Assembly: GCA_019423755.1 (NCBI GenBank)
Contig: JAHZAU010000009.1
Coordinates: 3,815 to 67,814 of the forward strand
Origin: Oscillospiraceae bacterium
Lineage (GTDB): Bacteria > Bacillota > Clostridia > Oscillospirales > Ruminococcaceae
DNA: 64,000 nt
Direction of reading: 5' to 3'
Shown here: positions 10,482 to 21,199 of the stretch, one piece after another
Numbering within the stretch: the first letter of the stretch is position 1
Layout: each line of letters begins with the position of its first letter
Made by a program: the position numbers and the translations under genes
The notes under the pieces: model-generated
Told to the model about the DNA's origin: nothing
Database searches by the model: none
What the model saw: the letters and a program-made list of their open reading frames with translations, nothing else

Positions 10482-10584
10482 CCCTATTTTTAAAAAAATC
10501 TAAAATTATTTTGCCCTTTTTTCGCAAAAAATACGCCCGGCAAACATTTCCTGCCGCCGGACGCATCTTTTCCAAATTTATCCT

Positions 10585-11841
10585 TTATTCTGCGAACCGC
10601 ACCAGCGCCTCAAAGCACTTGGTACCGTCCTCCTTCTTTCCTACCACATAGTAAGCGCCGCCTTCGGTTACCGCGTAGCCCAACTGTACCTTCTGCCCCA
10701 GCATGGCCTCGCTGTGGTAGTGGATCACCAGCTTTTCCGGGCGCTTCTGGCACACCAGCTCCACCGGCAGCAGGTCCCAGATCAGGTCGGCGTACCGGGC
10801 GTTGTTCAGGTGGCCGTTGCAGTCGGTGCGGGAATAGGTCACCGGCTCCCAGACGGTCCCCTCCACCGCAAGCCCCTTGGGCAGGGAAAAATCGTGCCCC
10901 TTGTCCGGCGCCTGGTTGTGGAAGGGGTAGCGAAGCTCCTCCGGCGGCTCCCGCAGGATCTTGCGGCTCTGGGTGTCTACCAGCACCCACTTGGCGTCCA
11001 CCTGGGCTGCTTCCTGCCCCTGGCCGTCCAGCAGCTGGGTGCGCCGGTCATAAACCGCCCGCACCGGGTAGGACGGCTGGGTCCGCAGGGTCAGCTCCTC
11101 CCCTACCTGGATGGCCCGCTTCCACTCCACCGACACCTTCGCCAGCAAAAATGCCGTGTGGGTCCGCTCGTAGGCTTCGTTGTTCATGCCGATGGCGTCG
11201 CACTGGTCGATGCTGATCTGCTGCACCTGCGCCAACAGCGCGCTGGCCTTCTGGCGGTTGGAGCGGTCGCACTGGTCCTGCTCCACCCGCACGGTTTTTT
11301 CATAGATGCTTTCTTCCATGGTTTGGGTCGCCTCCTGTGTCTTCTCTGCCTTCCAGCGGTACCGCAGTTCCCGCAGCGGTGCACCGCCGATGTTTTCCGT
11401 CCGCTGCTCCCCGGTAGGCGCAAAGCCTGCCGCCTGGTAGACCTTCCTCGCCCGCCGGTTTTCCTCCAACACCCACAGTTCTAACCCCAGCCAGCCTTGC
11501 TGCCGGGCATAGCTTTGCGCAAACTCCAAAAGCCGCCGCCCGTTGCCCTGTTTCCAGGCAGAAGGGTCCAGATAACAGGCCTGCAGCTCGCCGCAGCCGC
11601 CTTCCTTTGGGTCCCGCAGGACCACAAAGCCCCGCACCTGGCCGCCGTCTTCCAACAGGAACTGCCGCTCCTGCTCGCTGCCGGCGATGCGCTCCCACAG
11701 CTGTTTCCGGTTCTGCGCAAAGGCTTCGCTTTGCAGATATTCTTCCGGAACGATGCCCCGGTACGCCTGCCGCCAGCTTCGGGTGTGTACCCCAGACAGC
11801 GCCGGGGCGTCCTGCCGGCTCACCGGACGGATGGTCACCAT
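10585..11841 (-). CDS. GNAT acetyltransferase fused to acyl-ACP thioesterase
   Basis: aa 1-165 GNAT (SWRQAYRGIVP, WKQGNGRRL, LWVLEENRRA); aa 175-418 double hot-dog thioesterase with DCNGHLNNARY. Confidence 0.85.
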   Translation of the reverse strand: MVTIRPVSRQDAPALSGVHTRSWRQAYRGIVPEEYLQSEAFAQNRKQLWERIAGSEQERQFLLEDGGQVRGFVVLRDPKEGGCGELQACYLDPSAWKQGNGRRLLEFAQSYARQQGWLGLELWVLEENRRARKVYQAAGFAPTGEQRTENIGGAPLRELRYRWKAEKTQEATQTMEESIYEKTVRVEQDQCDRSNRQKASALLAQVQQISIDQCDAIGMNNEAYERTHTAFLLAKVSVEWKRAIQVGEELTLRTQPSYPVRAVYDRRTQLLDGQGQEAAQVDAKWVLVDTQSRKILREPPEELRYPFHNQAPDKGHDFSLPKGLAVEGTVWEPVTYSRTDCNGHLNNARYADLIWDLLPVELVCQKRPEKLVIHYHSEAMLGQKVQLGYAVTEGGAYYVVGKKEDGTKCFEALVRFAE

Positions 11842-11923
11842 ACTGCTCCCTCCTTATAAAAAACGCCGTACCGCCCAAACTCTCGGGCCGTACGGCGAAA
11901 ATCGGTCCATGCAGTTGTCTTGC

Positions 11924-12793
11924 CTAACGGGAAAGCTTGTTTGCCAGGTCCCGCAGGTCCTCCTCGTTGAGGAACTGGATGCTCAGGACGCCGCCTTCCT
12001 TGCCCGGCGTGACGGTCACCTTCCGGCCCAGCTCCTGCTCCAAAGCCAACTGTACCTCCCGGCAGAAGCTGCTCCCGCCCCAGACCGGCGCCGAAGCTTC
12101 GGTCTCCTTGGGCTGCTTGGCCGCTTCCTGACGGGTCTTGCACAGCTTCTCTACATCCCGTACCGAATACCGTCCGGTGCGGATCTTCCGGGCGATCTCG
12201 ATGACCGTCTCCGGCTCCTCCGCCAGCGGCAGCAGCGCCCGGGCGTGACCGGAGGTCACCTGTCCTTCCCGGACCATCTCCACCACCTCTTCCGGCAGGT
12301 TCAGCAGGCGCAGAGCGTTGGCCACCGCCGGACGGGACTTGCCCACCCGCTGCGCCACCTGCTCCTGGGTCATGCTGTATTTGTCCATGAGCTGCCGGTA
12401 ACCCATCGCTTCCTCGATGGGGTTCAGGTCCTGGCGCTGCAGGTTTTCGATAAGGGCGATCTCCATAGCCTCCACATCGTCCAGATCCCGGATGACCACC
12501 GGCACCTCGGTGAGCCCCGCCATGCGGCTGGCCCGCCAGCGGCGTTCTCCCGCCACCAGCTGATAGCTTCCGCTGGGCAGACGGCGCACCAGCAGCGGCT
12601 GGATCACCCCGTGCAGCCGGATGGAGTCCGCCAGCTCGCTTAAAGATTCCTCGCTGAATTCCTTTCTCGGCTGCTCCCGGTTGGGTTCGATCTCGCTGAG
12701 GCGAAGGGTCACTTCCCCGGAGTCCGAGGTCTCGTTATCCACAAACAGGGCGTCCAGGCCTTTGCCCAGCCCTCCTTTTTTCAACTTTGCCAT
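11924..12793 (-). CDS. parB: Chromosome partitioning protein ParB/Spo0J
   Basis: GLGKGLDALF, QPRKEF, AGERRWRAS and ENLQRQDLNPIEEA motifs. Confidence 0.96.
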   Translation of the reverse strand: MAKLKKGGLGKGLDALFVDNETSDSGEVTLRLSEIEPNREQPRKEFSEESLSELADSIRLHGVIQPLLVRRLPSGSYQLVAGERRWRASRMAGLTEVPVVIRDLDDVEAMEIALIENLQRQDLNPIEEAMGYRQLMDKYSMTQEQVAQRVGKSRPAVANALRLLNLPEEVVEMVREGQVTSGHARALLPLAEEPETVIEIARKIRTGRYSVRDVEKLCKTRQEAAKQPKETEASAPVWGGSSFCREVQLALEQELGRKVTVTPGKEGGVLSIQFLNEEDLRDLANKLSR

Positions 12794-12823
12794 AGCTCGT
12801 TCCTTTCTTTTCTTCCCGACCGG

Positions 12824-13588
12824 TTACTTCTGGTGTTCCAGCAGCTCCTGGGCCAGCGCCAGATACGCCTGCGCGCCCTTGGAGTTGCGGTCAAAGTAGA
12901 TGGCCGGCATCCCGAAGCTGGGCGCCTCGGACAGGCGGACGTTGCGCGGGATGACGGTGCGGTACACCTTGTTGGGGAAGTATTTCTTCACCTCGTCCAC
13001 CACCTGCATGGTCAGGTTCAGGCGGCTGTCGTACATGGTCAGCAGTACCCCTTCGATCTCGATGACCGGATTATACAGGCGTTTGACCTGCCGCACGGTG
13101 GCGATCATCTGGGAAAGGCCCTCCAGGGCGTAGTACTCGCACTGGATGGGGATGATGATGCTGTCGCTGGCCGCAAAGGCGTTGAGGGTGATAAGCCCCA
13201 AAGACGGCGGGCAGTCGATGAGGGTGTAGTCGTACTCTTCCTTTAAAGGGGCCAGCGCCTGCCGCAGCTTCATGGTGCGTTCCGGCAGTTCCACCAGCTC
13301 GATCTCCGCCGCCGCCAGGTCCATACTGGACGGCAGCAGGTCTACGTTTTCAAATTCGGTTTTAATGCGGGTCTGGGTGGCCCGCTCCTGGCCGATCAGC
13401 AGGTCGTAGGTGGAGCGCTCCAGCTCCCGCTTGTTGACCCCCAGGCCGCTGGTGGAGTTGCCCTGCGGGTCGATGTCCACCAAAAGGCACCGCTTGCCCA
13501 TCTTCCCCAAAGCAGCGATGAGGTTGATCACCGAGGTGGTCTTGCCCACGCCGCCCTTCTGATTTGCAACTGAAATGATTTTGCCCAT
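12824..13588 (-). CDS. parA: ParA/Soj ATPase
   Basis: NQKGGVGKTT deviant Walker A, DCPPSLG, RNVRLSEAPSFG; start placed at the ATG with GGAG SD. Confidence 0.96.
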   Translation of the reverse strand: MGKIISVANQKGGVGKTTSVINLIAALGKMGKRCLLVDIDPQGNSTSGLGVNKRELERSTYDLLIGQERATQTRIKTEFENVDLLPSSMDLAAAEIELVELPERTMKLRQALAPLKEEYDYTLIDCPPSLGLITLNAFAASDSIIIPIQCEYYALEGLSQMIATVRQVKRLYNPVIEIEGVLLTMYDSRLNLTMQVVDEVKKYFPNKVYRTVIPRNVRLSEAPSFGMPAIYFDRNSKGAQAYLALAQELLEHQK

Positions 13589-13697
13589 GTGATTCTCCAT
13601 AAAACAGGGCTCAAACGGCCCTTTTTTTCAAAATTCTACTGATTACAGATATTATAGCACAGCCTTTGCGGGAAGAAAAGCGTCCACCCTCCCCAAA

Positions 13698-13713
13698 TGT
13701 TCCACGTGAAACA
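13698..13713. promoter_or_regulatory. parS site
   Basis: TGTTCCACGTGAAACA matches the Firmicutes consensus TGTTNCACGTGAAACA. Confidence 0.92.
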
Positions 13714-13807
13714 TAAATTTCGCCCCAGCTGCAATAAAATCCGCCCGCCAAGGCACTAGTGAAGTAACCGAATCATTTGTGATTTCCCTTTTAAGGAGGT
13801 ATTCGTT

Positions 13808-15139
13808 ATGAAGCCAACCAAACTGCTTGCTCTGCTCTGTGCCGCTATGCTCACCGTCAGCAGCACCGCCTGCGCCGCAGGCGCCGAAACCAAACCCAAT
13901 CCCGACGTAGCCGAAGTCCCCGCTGAGACTACCGAAACACCTTCCGGCGAGGAAGTGTCCGCCACCGAAGAACCGTCCTCCGGTGAAGAACAGTCCGTCC
14001 CCGACGAGCAGGTGGACCCCGCCTTCCTTACCTCGCTGGATAAATTCAGCTCCAACGCCGCCAGCGCGGTCTTCACCGCCACCGGCACCGACAAAAACCT
14101 CTGCTTCTCCCCCGTCAGCCTGGCTTACGCCCTGGGTATGCTCTCTGTCGGGGCGCAAGGTTCCACTTTCAACAGTCTTTCCTCCACTCTCAACCTTTCC
14201 AACAACGATCCTTCCACCGTTTTGCACCAGTTTTCCCTGTTGATTCCCACCCACATGGGGGAAAGTGGGTCCGCCGTCATCGAGACTGCCAACTCCATTT
14301 GGATGCAGAAGGACTTCCCCTTCCTGGATAGCTACATCCAGTCCATCACCGACGCCTTCCAGGCCGAGTCCTTCCTGGTGGACTTTGAGGACGCCGCCAC
14401 CGCCGACCAGATGGCCCAGTGGGTCACCGATCAGACCCATGGCACCATCCAGTCCAAGTTCGTCCCCGACCCCATGCAGGTCCTCTCCCTCATCAACACC
14501 ATCTATCTGAAAGCCGCCTGGCTGGACCCCTTCCAGCCGGAAAACACCACCGCCGGTGAGTTCCACACCGCCGATGGCTCCACCGTCAATGCTTCCTTTA
14601 TGGAACAGCTGCTGATGAACCACAAATACACCGACGTCAACAACTGCCGCGTGGTGGAGATGCCTCTGGGCAGCGGCTTGAGCATGAGCCTCATCCTCCC
14701 CAACATGGGCATCGACGCCGGTTCCCTGGCCACCGACCCCGCCGCCCTGGACGCCCTGCTCAATCCCCCGGAAGCAAACAGCAAGCTGGCCGATATCACC
14801 ATCCAGCTGCCCCGCTTCTCCTATGACACCACCCTCAACCTGAAAAATACCCTGCAGTCCCTGGGCCTGGGCGAGCTGTTCCAGGACCCCGACCTGTCCG
14901 CTATGACCACCGAGGACGTCGCCGTCTCCTCCTGCATCCAGCAGACCCACATTGCTGTGGACGAAGAAGGCTGCGAAGCTGCCGCCATGACCGCTATCGG
15001 CGTCGCCGCTATGGCCGCTCCCATCACCGCCCCCGAGCAGATCACCTTCCGCCTGGACCGCCCCTTCCTCTTTGCCATCCAGGACTATAACGACCTGCCC
15101 CTCTTCATCGGCCTGGTGAACCAGCCCGACGCCCAGTAA
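13808..15139 (+). CDS. Serpin-family protease inhibitor, secreted or lipoprotein
   Basis: NLCFSPVS, NTIYLKAAW..PF, hinge VDEEGCEAAA, FRLDRPFLFAI; signal peptide and acidic linker; AAGGAGG SD. Confidence 0.93.
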   Translation: MKPTKLLALLCAAMLTVSSTACAAGAETKPNPDVAEVPAETTETPSGEEVSATEEPSSGEEQSVPDEQVDPAFLTSLDKFSSNAASAVFTATGTDKNLCFSPVSLAYALGMLSVGAQGSTFNSLSSTLNLSNNDPSTVLHQFSLLIPTHMGESGSAVIETANSIWMQKDFPFLDSYIQSITDAFQAESFLVDFEDAATADQMAQWVTDQTHGTIQSKFVPDPMQVLSLINTIYLKAAWLDPFQPENTTAGEFHTADGSTVNASFMEQLLMNHKYTDVNNCRVVEMPLGSGLSMSLILPNMGIDAGSLATDPAALDALLNPPEANSKLADITIQLPRFSYDTTLNLKNTLQSLGLGELFQDPDLSAMTTEDVAVSSCIQQTHIAVDEEGCEAAAMTAIGVAAMAAPITAPEQITFRLDRPFLFAIQDYNDLPLFIGLVNQPDAQ

Positions 15140-15157
15140 TTTTTCTTTCCACGACCA

Positions 15158-15203
15158 AAAAAGGCCGCAGCCAAAGCAAGTTGCTTTGGCTGCGGCCTTT
15201 TTT
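15158..15203 (+). terminator. Strong bidirectional terminator after the serpin
   Basis: AAAAAGGCCGCAGCCAAAGCAA / TTGCTTTGGCTGCGGCCTTTTT inverted repeat. Confidence 0.85.
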
Positions 15204-15286
15204 GGTGAATCAGCTTGGGAAGTCAAAATCCAAGGCGCCTGGGAAGGGACGCCGTAGGAACCAGGTTGTCGGGGCGGGTCGATTTT

Positions 15287-15302
15287 TGTTTCACGTGAAA
15301 CA
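15287..15302. promoter_or_regulatory. parS site
   Basis: Perfect palindrome TGTTTCACGTGAAACA abutting the stop codon at 15303. Confidence 0.95.
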
Positions 15303-16142
15303 TCACCCGGTTTTCCGGGTCTTGGAGCGGTAGGCGCTTTCTTTGGGGATACGCACGGTGTACACCAGACAATCTTCCTCCTCGGCCATCTGGGTCTTGG
15401 CCCGGATGCCGGAAAGCTTCATAGTCTGGATGGCCTTGTCGATGCTGTTGAGGAAGATGCGCAGGTCCTTGACCACAAACAGCCGGTGGGCCTTGTGGGT
15501 CTCCTTGGGCTCCAGGCGGCTTCGGACGTATTCCTCCGTTTGGGAAACGTTCATCTGCCGTTGGGCGATGGCCTCCACCGCCTCCAGGATCGCTTCCTCC
15601 CCCTGCTCTGCCAGCGAGAGCAGCGCCCGGGCGTGGCGCTCGGTCAGGCCGCTTTCCAGCATCTTCTGCCGCAGCGGGCCGGAAAATTGCAGCAGCCGCA
15701 GCTTGTTGGCCACGGTGGACTGGTTTTTCCCCAGCCGCGCCGCCACCGCCTGCTGGGTCAGGCCGGTCATCTGTACCAGACGTTGGATAGCCGCCGCTTC
15801 CTCAAAGAAGTTCAGGTCCTGCCGCTGGATGTTTTCGATGAGCGCCAGGGCGGCGCTGTCCTCCTGGGCCATTTCGGTGACGATGGCCGGGACGCTTTCC
15901 ATCTTGAGCATCCGGCAGGCAAGCAGCCGCCGCTCCCCGCTGACCAGCTGATACCGGCCGTCGGCCTGAAGCAGCACCGTCACCGGCTGCAGCACCCCAT
16001 ATTGGGCGATACTGCTGGCCAGCTGTTCCAGCTTGTCCGGGTCGAAGCTGCGCCGGGGTTGGTTTGGGTTGGGGACCACCTGGTCCACCGGGATCAGTAC
16101 CACCTTGTTGATGACCTTTTGTTTCGAGAGCAAAGCTTTCAT
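15303..16142 (-). CDS. ParB-family protein (Noc/YyaA-like)
   Basis: PNPNQPRRSF, SGERRLLA, ENIQRQDLNFFEEA and LTERHARALL motifs; position between rsmG and parA. Confidence 0.88.
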   Translation of the reverse strand: MKALLSKQKVINKVVLIPVDQVVPNPNQPRRSFDPDKLEQLASSIAQYGVLQPVTVLLQADGRYQLVSGERRLLACRMLKMESVPAIVTEMAQEDSAALALIENIQRQDLNFFEEAAAIQRLVQMTGLTQQAVAARLGKNQSTVANKLRLLQFSGPLRQKMLESGLTERHARALLSLAEQGEEAILEAVEAIAQRQMNVSQTEEYVRSRLEPKETHKAHRLFVVKDLRIFLNSIDKAIQTMKLSGIRAKTQMAEEEDCLVYTVRIPKESAYRSKTRKTG

Positions 16143-16458
16143 CGGCGGTCCCTTCCTTTCTGTGGTTCTATTCAAAACACCCGCAGGTGTCGTCTTGCGA
16201 CGGGGCAGCCCCTGCGAGCTGCCCCACCGGGGAAAAGAAGTCGCCAGAATATTTCTGGCTCGATGGTAAGGGGGCTCCGCGGACAGAACGGAGCAAGGTC
16301 AACCTGCACGGTTGTCCAGCTATGGAAAAGGAAAAAGCATGGAATCCCATCTCGAATCATCTTCGCTATGGTTTCCATGCTTGTATTATACCAGATGCCT
16401 GGTGTTTATTCCACTATTTTCCATCTCGCTTTTTCCCGACATTCCCGCCGGTTTCGAC

Positions 16459-17172
16459 CTAAAGGATGGGCTTTTTCTCCATCTTGGCGGCGTTTCTGGG
16501 GAATTGGGGCGGAGTTTGCGATATCTTTTTAATGAGCAGGATGGAACGTTTGCTCTCGTCCGGCAGGATGAACTTCTCCACCCGCTCTACCTTGCCGCCC
16601 ATGGTGGCGATGGCGTTGCGGGCTTCCCGCTCCTCCTCCTCGATGTCGTAGCCCTTGAGCGCCACAAAATACCCGCCGGGCTTGACATAAGGGATGCAGT
16701 ATTCCGCCAGGTTGCGCAGGCTGGCTACTGCACGGGCGCAGGAAAGGTCAAACTGCTCCCGCAGCTCCTTCTTCTTGCCGCCGTCCTCGGCGCGGGAATG
16801 GACGCAGACGCAGTCCAGACCCAGCTCCCGGCTCACCTCCGAAAGGAAGGTCAGCCGCTTGTTCAGGCTGTCCAGCAGCGTCACCTTCAGGTCAGGCCGC
16901 AAAATCTTCACCGGCACCGACGGGAACCCCGCCCCGGTGCCTACGTCGATGAGGCTGGCGCCCTCTGCCGGCTGGATGGCCCGCAGGAAAAGCAGGCTGT
17001 CCACAAAATGCTTGATGACGATCTCCCCCGGCTCGGTAATGGCCGTCAGGTTGATCTTCTGGTTCCACTCCACCAGCAGCTGGGCGTACCGGTCCAGCTG
17101 GTCGGCGGCCTGGTCGTTCATAGGCACGCCCATGGCCTCGCTGGCAGAAAATAGCAAATCTTTGTCGATCAT
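16459..17172 (-). CDS. rsmG: 16S rRNA m7G methyltransferase RsmG (GidB)
   Basis: WNQKINLTAI, KHFVDSL, DVGTGAGFPS and ARAVA motifs. Confidence 0.96.
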   Translation of the reverse strand: MIDKDLLFSASEAMGVPMNDQAADQLDRYAQLLVEWNQKINLTAITEPGEIVIKHFVDSLLFLRAIQPAEGASLIDVGTGAGFPSVPVKILRPDLKVTLLDSLNKRLTFLSEVSRELGLDCVCVHSRAEDGGKKKELREQFDLSCARAVASLRNLAEYCIPYVKPGGYFVALKGYDIEEEEREARNAIATMGGKVERVEKFILPDESKRSILLIKKISQTPPQFPRNAAKMEKKPIL

Positions 17173-17744
17173 TCGTCTTCCCCTTCCTGTTGTTCCATCT
17201 CCCGGTTGCGCAGCACCATGTGCACGTGGTCCTCCCACACGCCATTGATGCGCAGATATTTGGGCGAGACCCCTTCCCGCTCCATGCCCAGCTTCTCCGC
17301 TACCCGCAGAGAGCGGGCGTTGCGGGGCAGGATGTTGGCCTCGATGCGGTGCAGCCCCAGCTCAGTAAAGGCGATTTGGGCCGCCTTCTGGGCCGCTTCG
17401 GTGCAGTATCCGCGGTTGATAAGCTCCCCGTCCATGTGGTAGCCCATAAAGCAGGACAAAAACGCCCCGCGCACGATCTCACTCAGCCCCACAAAGCCGA
17501 TGATCCGCTCCGGCTCCCCCTTTAAGGAAAGCCACAGCCGCAGGCAGCGCCCCTCCTCCTGGCGGGCGGCGTCCTGACAAAGCAGCGTGCGCTGGCCCTC
17601 CTCGGTGTAAAATTCATCGGGGCGTACCGGGTCGGTCTCCCGGTGAAATTCTTTATTTTTCGCAAAATACCGGGCCACTTCCCCGGCCAATTCCGGGGCG
17701 GATGGCCGCAGGATCAGGCGTTTTGTTTCCCATTGCTGGTTCAT
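17169..17744 (-). CDS. RimJ/RimL-family GNAT N-acetyltransferase
   Basis: [29 protein letters not shown] and [11 protein letters not shown] motifs. Confidence 0.9.
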   Translation of the reverse strand: MNQQWETKRLILRPSAPELAGEVARYFAKNKEFHRETDPVRPDEFYTEEGQRTLLCQDAARQEEGRCLRLWLSLKGEPERIIGFVGLSEIVRGAFLSCFMGYHMDGELINRGYCTEAAQKAAQIAFTELGLHRIEANILPRNARSLRVAEKLGMEREGVSPKYLRINGVWEDHVHMVLRNREMEQQEGEDE

Positions 17745-19630
17745 TGCCGGTCCTCCCGCTGCCCTTCCAGGTAGATGAGCAGCACCGAAATATCCGCCGG
17801 GCTCACGCCGGAGATGCGCGATGCCTGGCCGATGTTGCCGGGCTGTACCCGGTTCAGCTTCTCAATGGCTTCCAGCCGCAGGCCACGCACCTGGTGGTAA
17901 TCCAGGCCCTCCGGCAGGCGGCAGCTTTCCAGACGGCGCATCTGCTCCACCTGGGCCAGCTGCTTCTGGATATAGCCTTCGTATTTGATCTGAATTTCCA
18001 CCTGCTCGGTGACCTCCGGCGGCAGCGGCGGACGCTGCGGATCGAAGGGTGCCAGGTCCTCATAGCCGATCTGCGGCCGGCGGATGAGGTCGTCGGCGTG
18101 GGCGCCGGTATCCAGCGGAGCGGTGCCCTTCTCTTCCAGCATGGCGTTGAGCTCCGGGGATGGCCCGAAGGTCAGCTTGTGAACCCGGGCGATCTCCTCC
18201 TTGATCTGCTGCTGTTTTTCCAGGTATCTTTGATACCGCTCCTCGCTGATAAGCCCGATCTCGTGCCCCAGAGGGGTCAGACGCTGGTCGGCGTTGTCCT
18301 GCCGCAGCAGCAGACGGTACTCCGAACGGGAAGTCATCATGCGGTAGGGGTCGGAGCAGCCCTTGGTCACCAGGTCGTCGATGAGGGTGCCGATGTAGCT
18401 GGACGCCCGGTCCAGCACCACCGGTTCCTTGCCCTGGACCTGCCGGGCGGCGTTGATGCCGGCGATCAGCCCCTGAGCGGCGGCCTCCTCGTAACCGGAG
18501 GTACCGTTAAACTGCCCGGCGCCGTAAAGCCCCGACACCGCAAAGAATTCCAGCGTGGGTTTCAGGTCCAGCGGGTCGATGCAGTCGTATTCGATGGCGT
18601 AAGCGTTACGCAGGATCTTGATGTTTTCAAAGCCCTTGATGGAGCGGTAGAGCGCCAGCTGCACGTCCTCCGGCAGGGAGGACGACAGCCCCTGCAGGTA
18701 CATCTCCTCGGTGTCCAGCCCCATCGGCTCCACAAAGGTCTGGTGGCGGGGCTTGTCGGCAAACCGCATGACCTTGTCCTCGATGCTGGGGCAGTACCGG
18801 GGCCCGACGCCCTCGATCTTGCCTCCGTAAAGGGGCGACCGGTGGATGTTGTCCCGGATAATCTGGTGGGTGGTCTCGTTGGTGTAAGCAATGTGGCAGA
18901 CCACCTGATTCTTTAGCCCTTCCCGGGGCGTTTCAAAGGAAAACGGGATAATGGGCTCGTCCCCAGCCTGGACTTCCAGCTGGCTGTAGTCGATGGAGCT
19001 GCGCAGCACGCGGGCCGGGGTACCGGTCTTAAAGCGCCGCAGCCCGATGCCAAGCCGCTCCAGCGCCGCGCTGAGTCCATGGGCGGCGTGCAGCCCGTCG
19101 GGGCCGCTTTCCACCGCCGCGTCGCCCACATAGATGACGCCGTTTAAAAAGGTCCCCGAGCAGATGATGGCGGTCTGGGTCTCATACACCGCGCCCAAAC
19201 GGGTCACCAGCTCCCGCACCCGGCCGTTTTCGTCCCGCCGCAGGTCCACGATCTCCGCCTGGATGACGTCCAGGTTTTCCTGCAGTTCCAGGGTGTGCTT
19301 CATCCGCCGGTGGTATTCCATGCGGTCGGACTGCACCCGCAGGCTGTGTACTGCCGGGCCCTTCCCCCGGTTGAGCATCCGGCTTTGGAGGAAGGTCTCG
19401 TCCGCCGCTTTGCCCATTTCGCCGCCCAGGGCGTCGATCTCCCGCACCAGGTGGCCCTTGGCGGTGCCGCCGATGGACGGGTTGCAGGGCATGTTGCCCA
19501 CGGCGTCCAAAGACATGGTAAAGATGGCGGTCTTGGCGCCCAGACGGGCCGCCGCCAGCGCCGCTTCGATGCCGGCGTGTCCCGCCCCGATGACCGACAC
19601 ATCGTATCGGCCCATGAAGTATTCGGTCAA
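17741..19630 (-). CDS. mnmG: tRNA modification enzyme MnmG (GidA)
   Basis: [30 protein letters not shown] and [12 protein letters not shown] motifs. Confidence 0.98.
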   Translation of the reverse strand: MTEYFMGRYDVSVIGAGHAGIEAALAAARLGAKTAIFTMSLDAVGNMPCNPSIGGTAKGHLVREIDALGGEMGKAADETFLQSRMLNRGKGPAVHSLRVQSDRMEYHRRMKHTLELQENLDVIQAEIVDLRRDENGRVRELVTRLGAVYETQTAIICSGTFLNGVIYVGDAAVESGPDGLHAAHGLSAALERLGIGLRRFKTGTPARVLRSSIDYSQLEVQAGDEPIIPFSFETPREGLKNQVVCHIAYTNETTHQIIRDNIHRSPLYGGKIEGVGPRYCPSIEDKVMRFADKPRHQTFVEPMGLDTEEMYLQGLSSSLPEDVQLALYRSIKGFENIKILRNAYAIEYDCIDPLDLKPTLEFFAVSGLYGAGQFNGTSGYEEAAAQGLIAGINAARQVQGKEPVVLDRASSYIGTLIDDLVTKGCSDPYRMMTSRSEYRLLLRQDNADQRLTPLGHEIGLISEERYQRYLEKQQQIKEEIARVHKLTFGPSPELNAMLEEKGTAPLDTGAHADDLIRRPQIGYEDLAPFDPQRPPLPPEVTEQVEIQIKYEGYIQKQLAQVEQMRRLESCRLPEGLDYHQVRGLRLEAIEKLNRVQPGNIGQASRISGVSPADISVLLIYLEGQREDRQ

Positions 19631-19644
19631 GGTTTCTTCCTCCT

Positions 19645-21024
19645 TTATTTTCCTACGCAGAACCGGGCAAATACCTGGTCCACCACCGCTTGGGTGGCTT
19701 TTTCACCGGTCAGGGAAAGCAGGCTGTCGATGGCCGCATCGATGCAGACGTTGACAGCGTCCAGCGTCTCCCCTGCCTCCAAGGCGTCCCACGCCTGGCG
19801 CACCGTGTCCCGGGCCTCCCGCACACACTGGCGCTGCCGCTCGTTGGCCAGGATACCGGCGGAGGAGTCCAGCCCCTCCAATTCCAACAGGGAGAACACC
19901 TCCCGGCTCAGCGCCTCTACCCCGCTGCCCGAGGCCGCCGACAGCTCCACCACATGGGGGATGCGGCTGCGGATGGCTTCCAGGTCGATCTTCCGGGGCA
20001 GGTCGGTCTTGTTGATGACCGCCACCACCGGGCGGTCCTTGATGCGGTCGATCAGCTCCAAGTCCTCGGCAGTCAGGCTGTCCGAGCTGTCGAACACCGC
20101 CAGCACCAGATAGCTTTCTTCCAGCTTTTTGTTGGCAAGCTCCACCCCCATGCGCTCCACCGGGTCCTCGGTTTCCCGCAGGCCGGCGGTATCCGCCAGG
20201 TTTAGGATGACCTCCCCCAGCCGGATGGTGTCCTCCACCACGTCCCGGGTGGTGCCGGGGATCTGGGTGACGATGCTCTTCTGGGTGCCGGAAAGCAGGT
20301 TCATCAGGGTCGATTTTCCCACGTTGGGCCGCCCGACGATGACGGTGTTGACCCCTTCCCGCAGCACCTTGCCGCTGTCGTATTCCCGCAAGATCTGCTC
20401 CAAATCATGAAGGATTTCCCGCACCGAGGCCCGCAGGTTCTCGTCCGACACCTCGTCGATGTCCTCGTCCGGGTAATCCACCCACGCCGCCAGCGCCGAA
20501 GACACCTGCAGCATCCGGTCGGTGACCCCATGGATGCGCTGGTAGACCGCGCCGTCCCGGGCGGAAAGCGCCGCCTGGGCGCTGTGCAGCCCCTGGGCCT
20601 GGATCAGATCCGCCACCGCTTCCGCCTGGGTCAGGCTCATCTTGCCGTTGAGGAAGGCGCGCTTGGTAAACTCCCCGGCCTCCGCCGCCCGCGCTCCCGC
20701 CGCCAAGCAGGCCCGCAGGGTGCGCTTGACCAGGTAGATGCCGCCGTGGCAGCAAATCTCCACCACGTCCTCCCCGGTGTAGCTTTTGGGCGCCCGGTAG
20801 ACAAAGACCACCGCTTCGTCGATCTCGCCGTCCTGGTCAAACACCCGGCCGAACAGCCCCCGGTAACCGGCGGTTTCGGCTACGGTGCGGCCGCTGACCC
20901 CGTGGAACACCCGGTCCGCCACCTGGGCAGCCTGGGGCCCGGAGATGCGGATCATGCCAATGCCGCCGGCAGCCACCGGGGTGGAGATGGCGGCGATGGT
21001 ATCGCTTGTTTGCGCAAAAATCAT
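19645..21024 (-). CDS. mnmE: tRNA modification GTPase MnmE (TrmE)
   Basis: [21 protein letters not shown] and terminal FCVGK; start moved from the track's 21378 to ATG 21024. Confidence 0.97.
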   Translation of the reverse strand: MIFAQTSDTIAAISTPVAAGGIGMIRISGPQAAQVADRVFHGVSGRTVAETAGYRGLFGRVFDQDGEIDEAVVFVYRAPKSYTGEDVVEICCHGGIYLVKRTLRACLAAGARAAEAGEFTKRAFLNGKMSLTQAEAVADLIQAQGLHSAQAALSARDGAVYQRIHGVTDRMLQVSSALAAWVDYPDEDIDEVSDENLRASVREILHDLEQILREYDSGKVLREGVNTVIVGRPNVGKSTLMNLLSGTQKSIVTQIPGTTRDVVEDTIRLGEVILNLADTAGLRETEDPVERMGVELANKKLEESYLVLAVFDSSDSLTAEDLELIDRIKDRPVVAVINKTDLPRKIDLEAIRSRIPHVVELSAASGSGVEALSREVFSLLELEGLDSSAGILANERQRQCVREARDTVRQAWDALEAGETLDAVNVCIDAAIDSLLSLTGEKATQAVVDQVFARFCVGK

Positions 21025-21199
21025 AACAGGAGCCTCGCTTTCTTGCAGGACAGATGCCCCCGCGGCCCTTGCCGCCGGGCAAAACTTTATTCTTATATTA
21101 TACCAAAAACCCCCGCCAAAGAAAACCGCCTGCGGCCCTTTCCCCAAACAAAAAACAGGGATGCTTTCGCATCCCTGTTTGCTTTTTTTGCTAGCTGGA

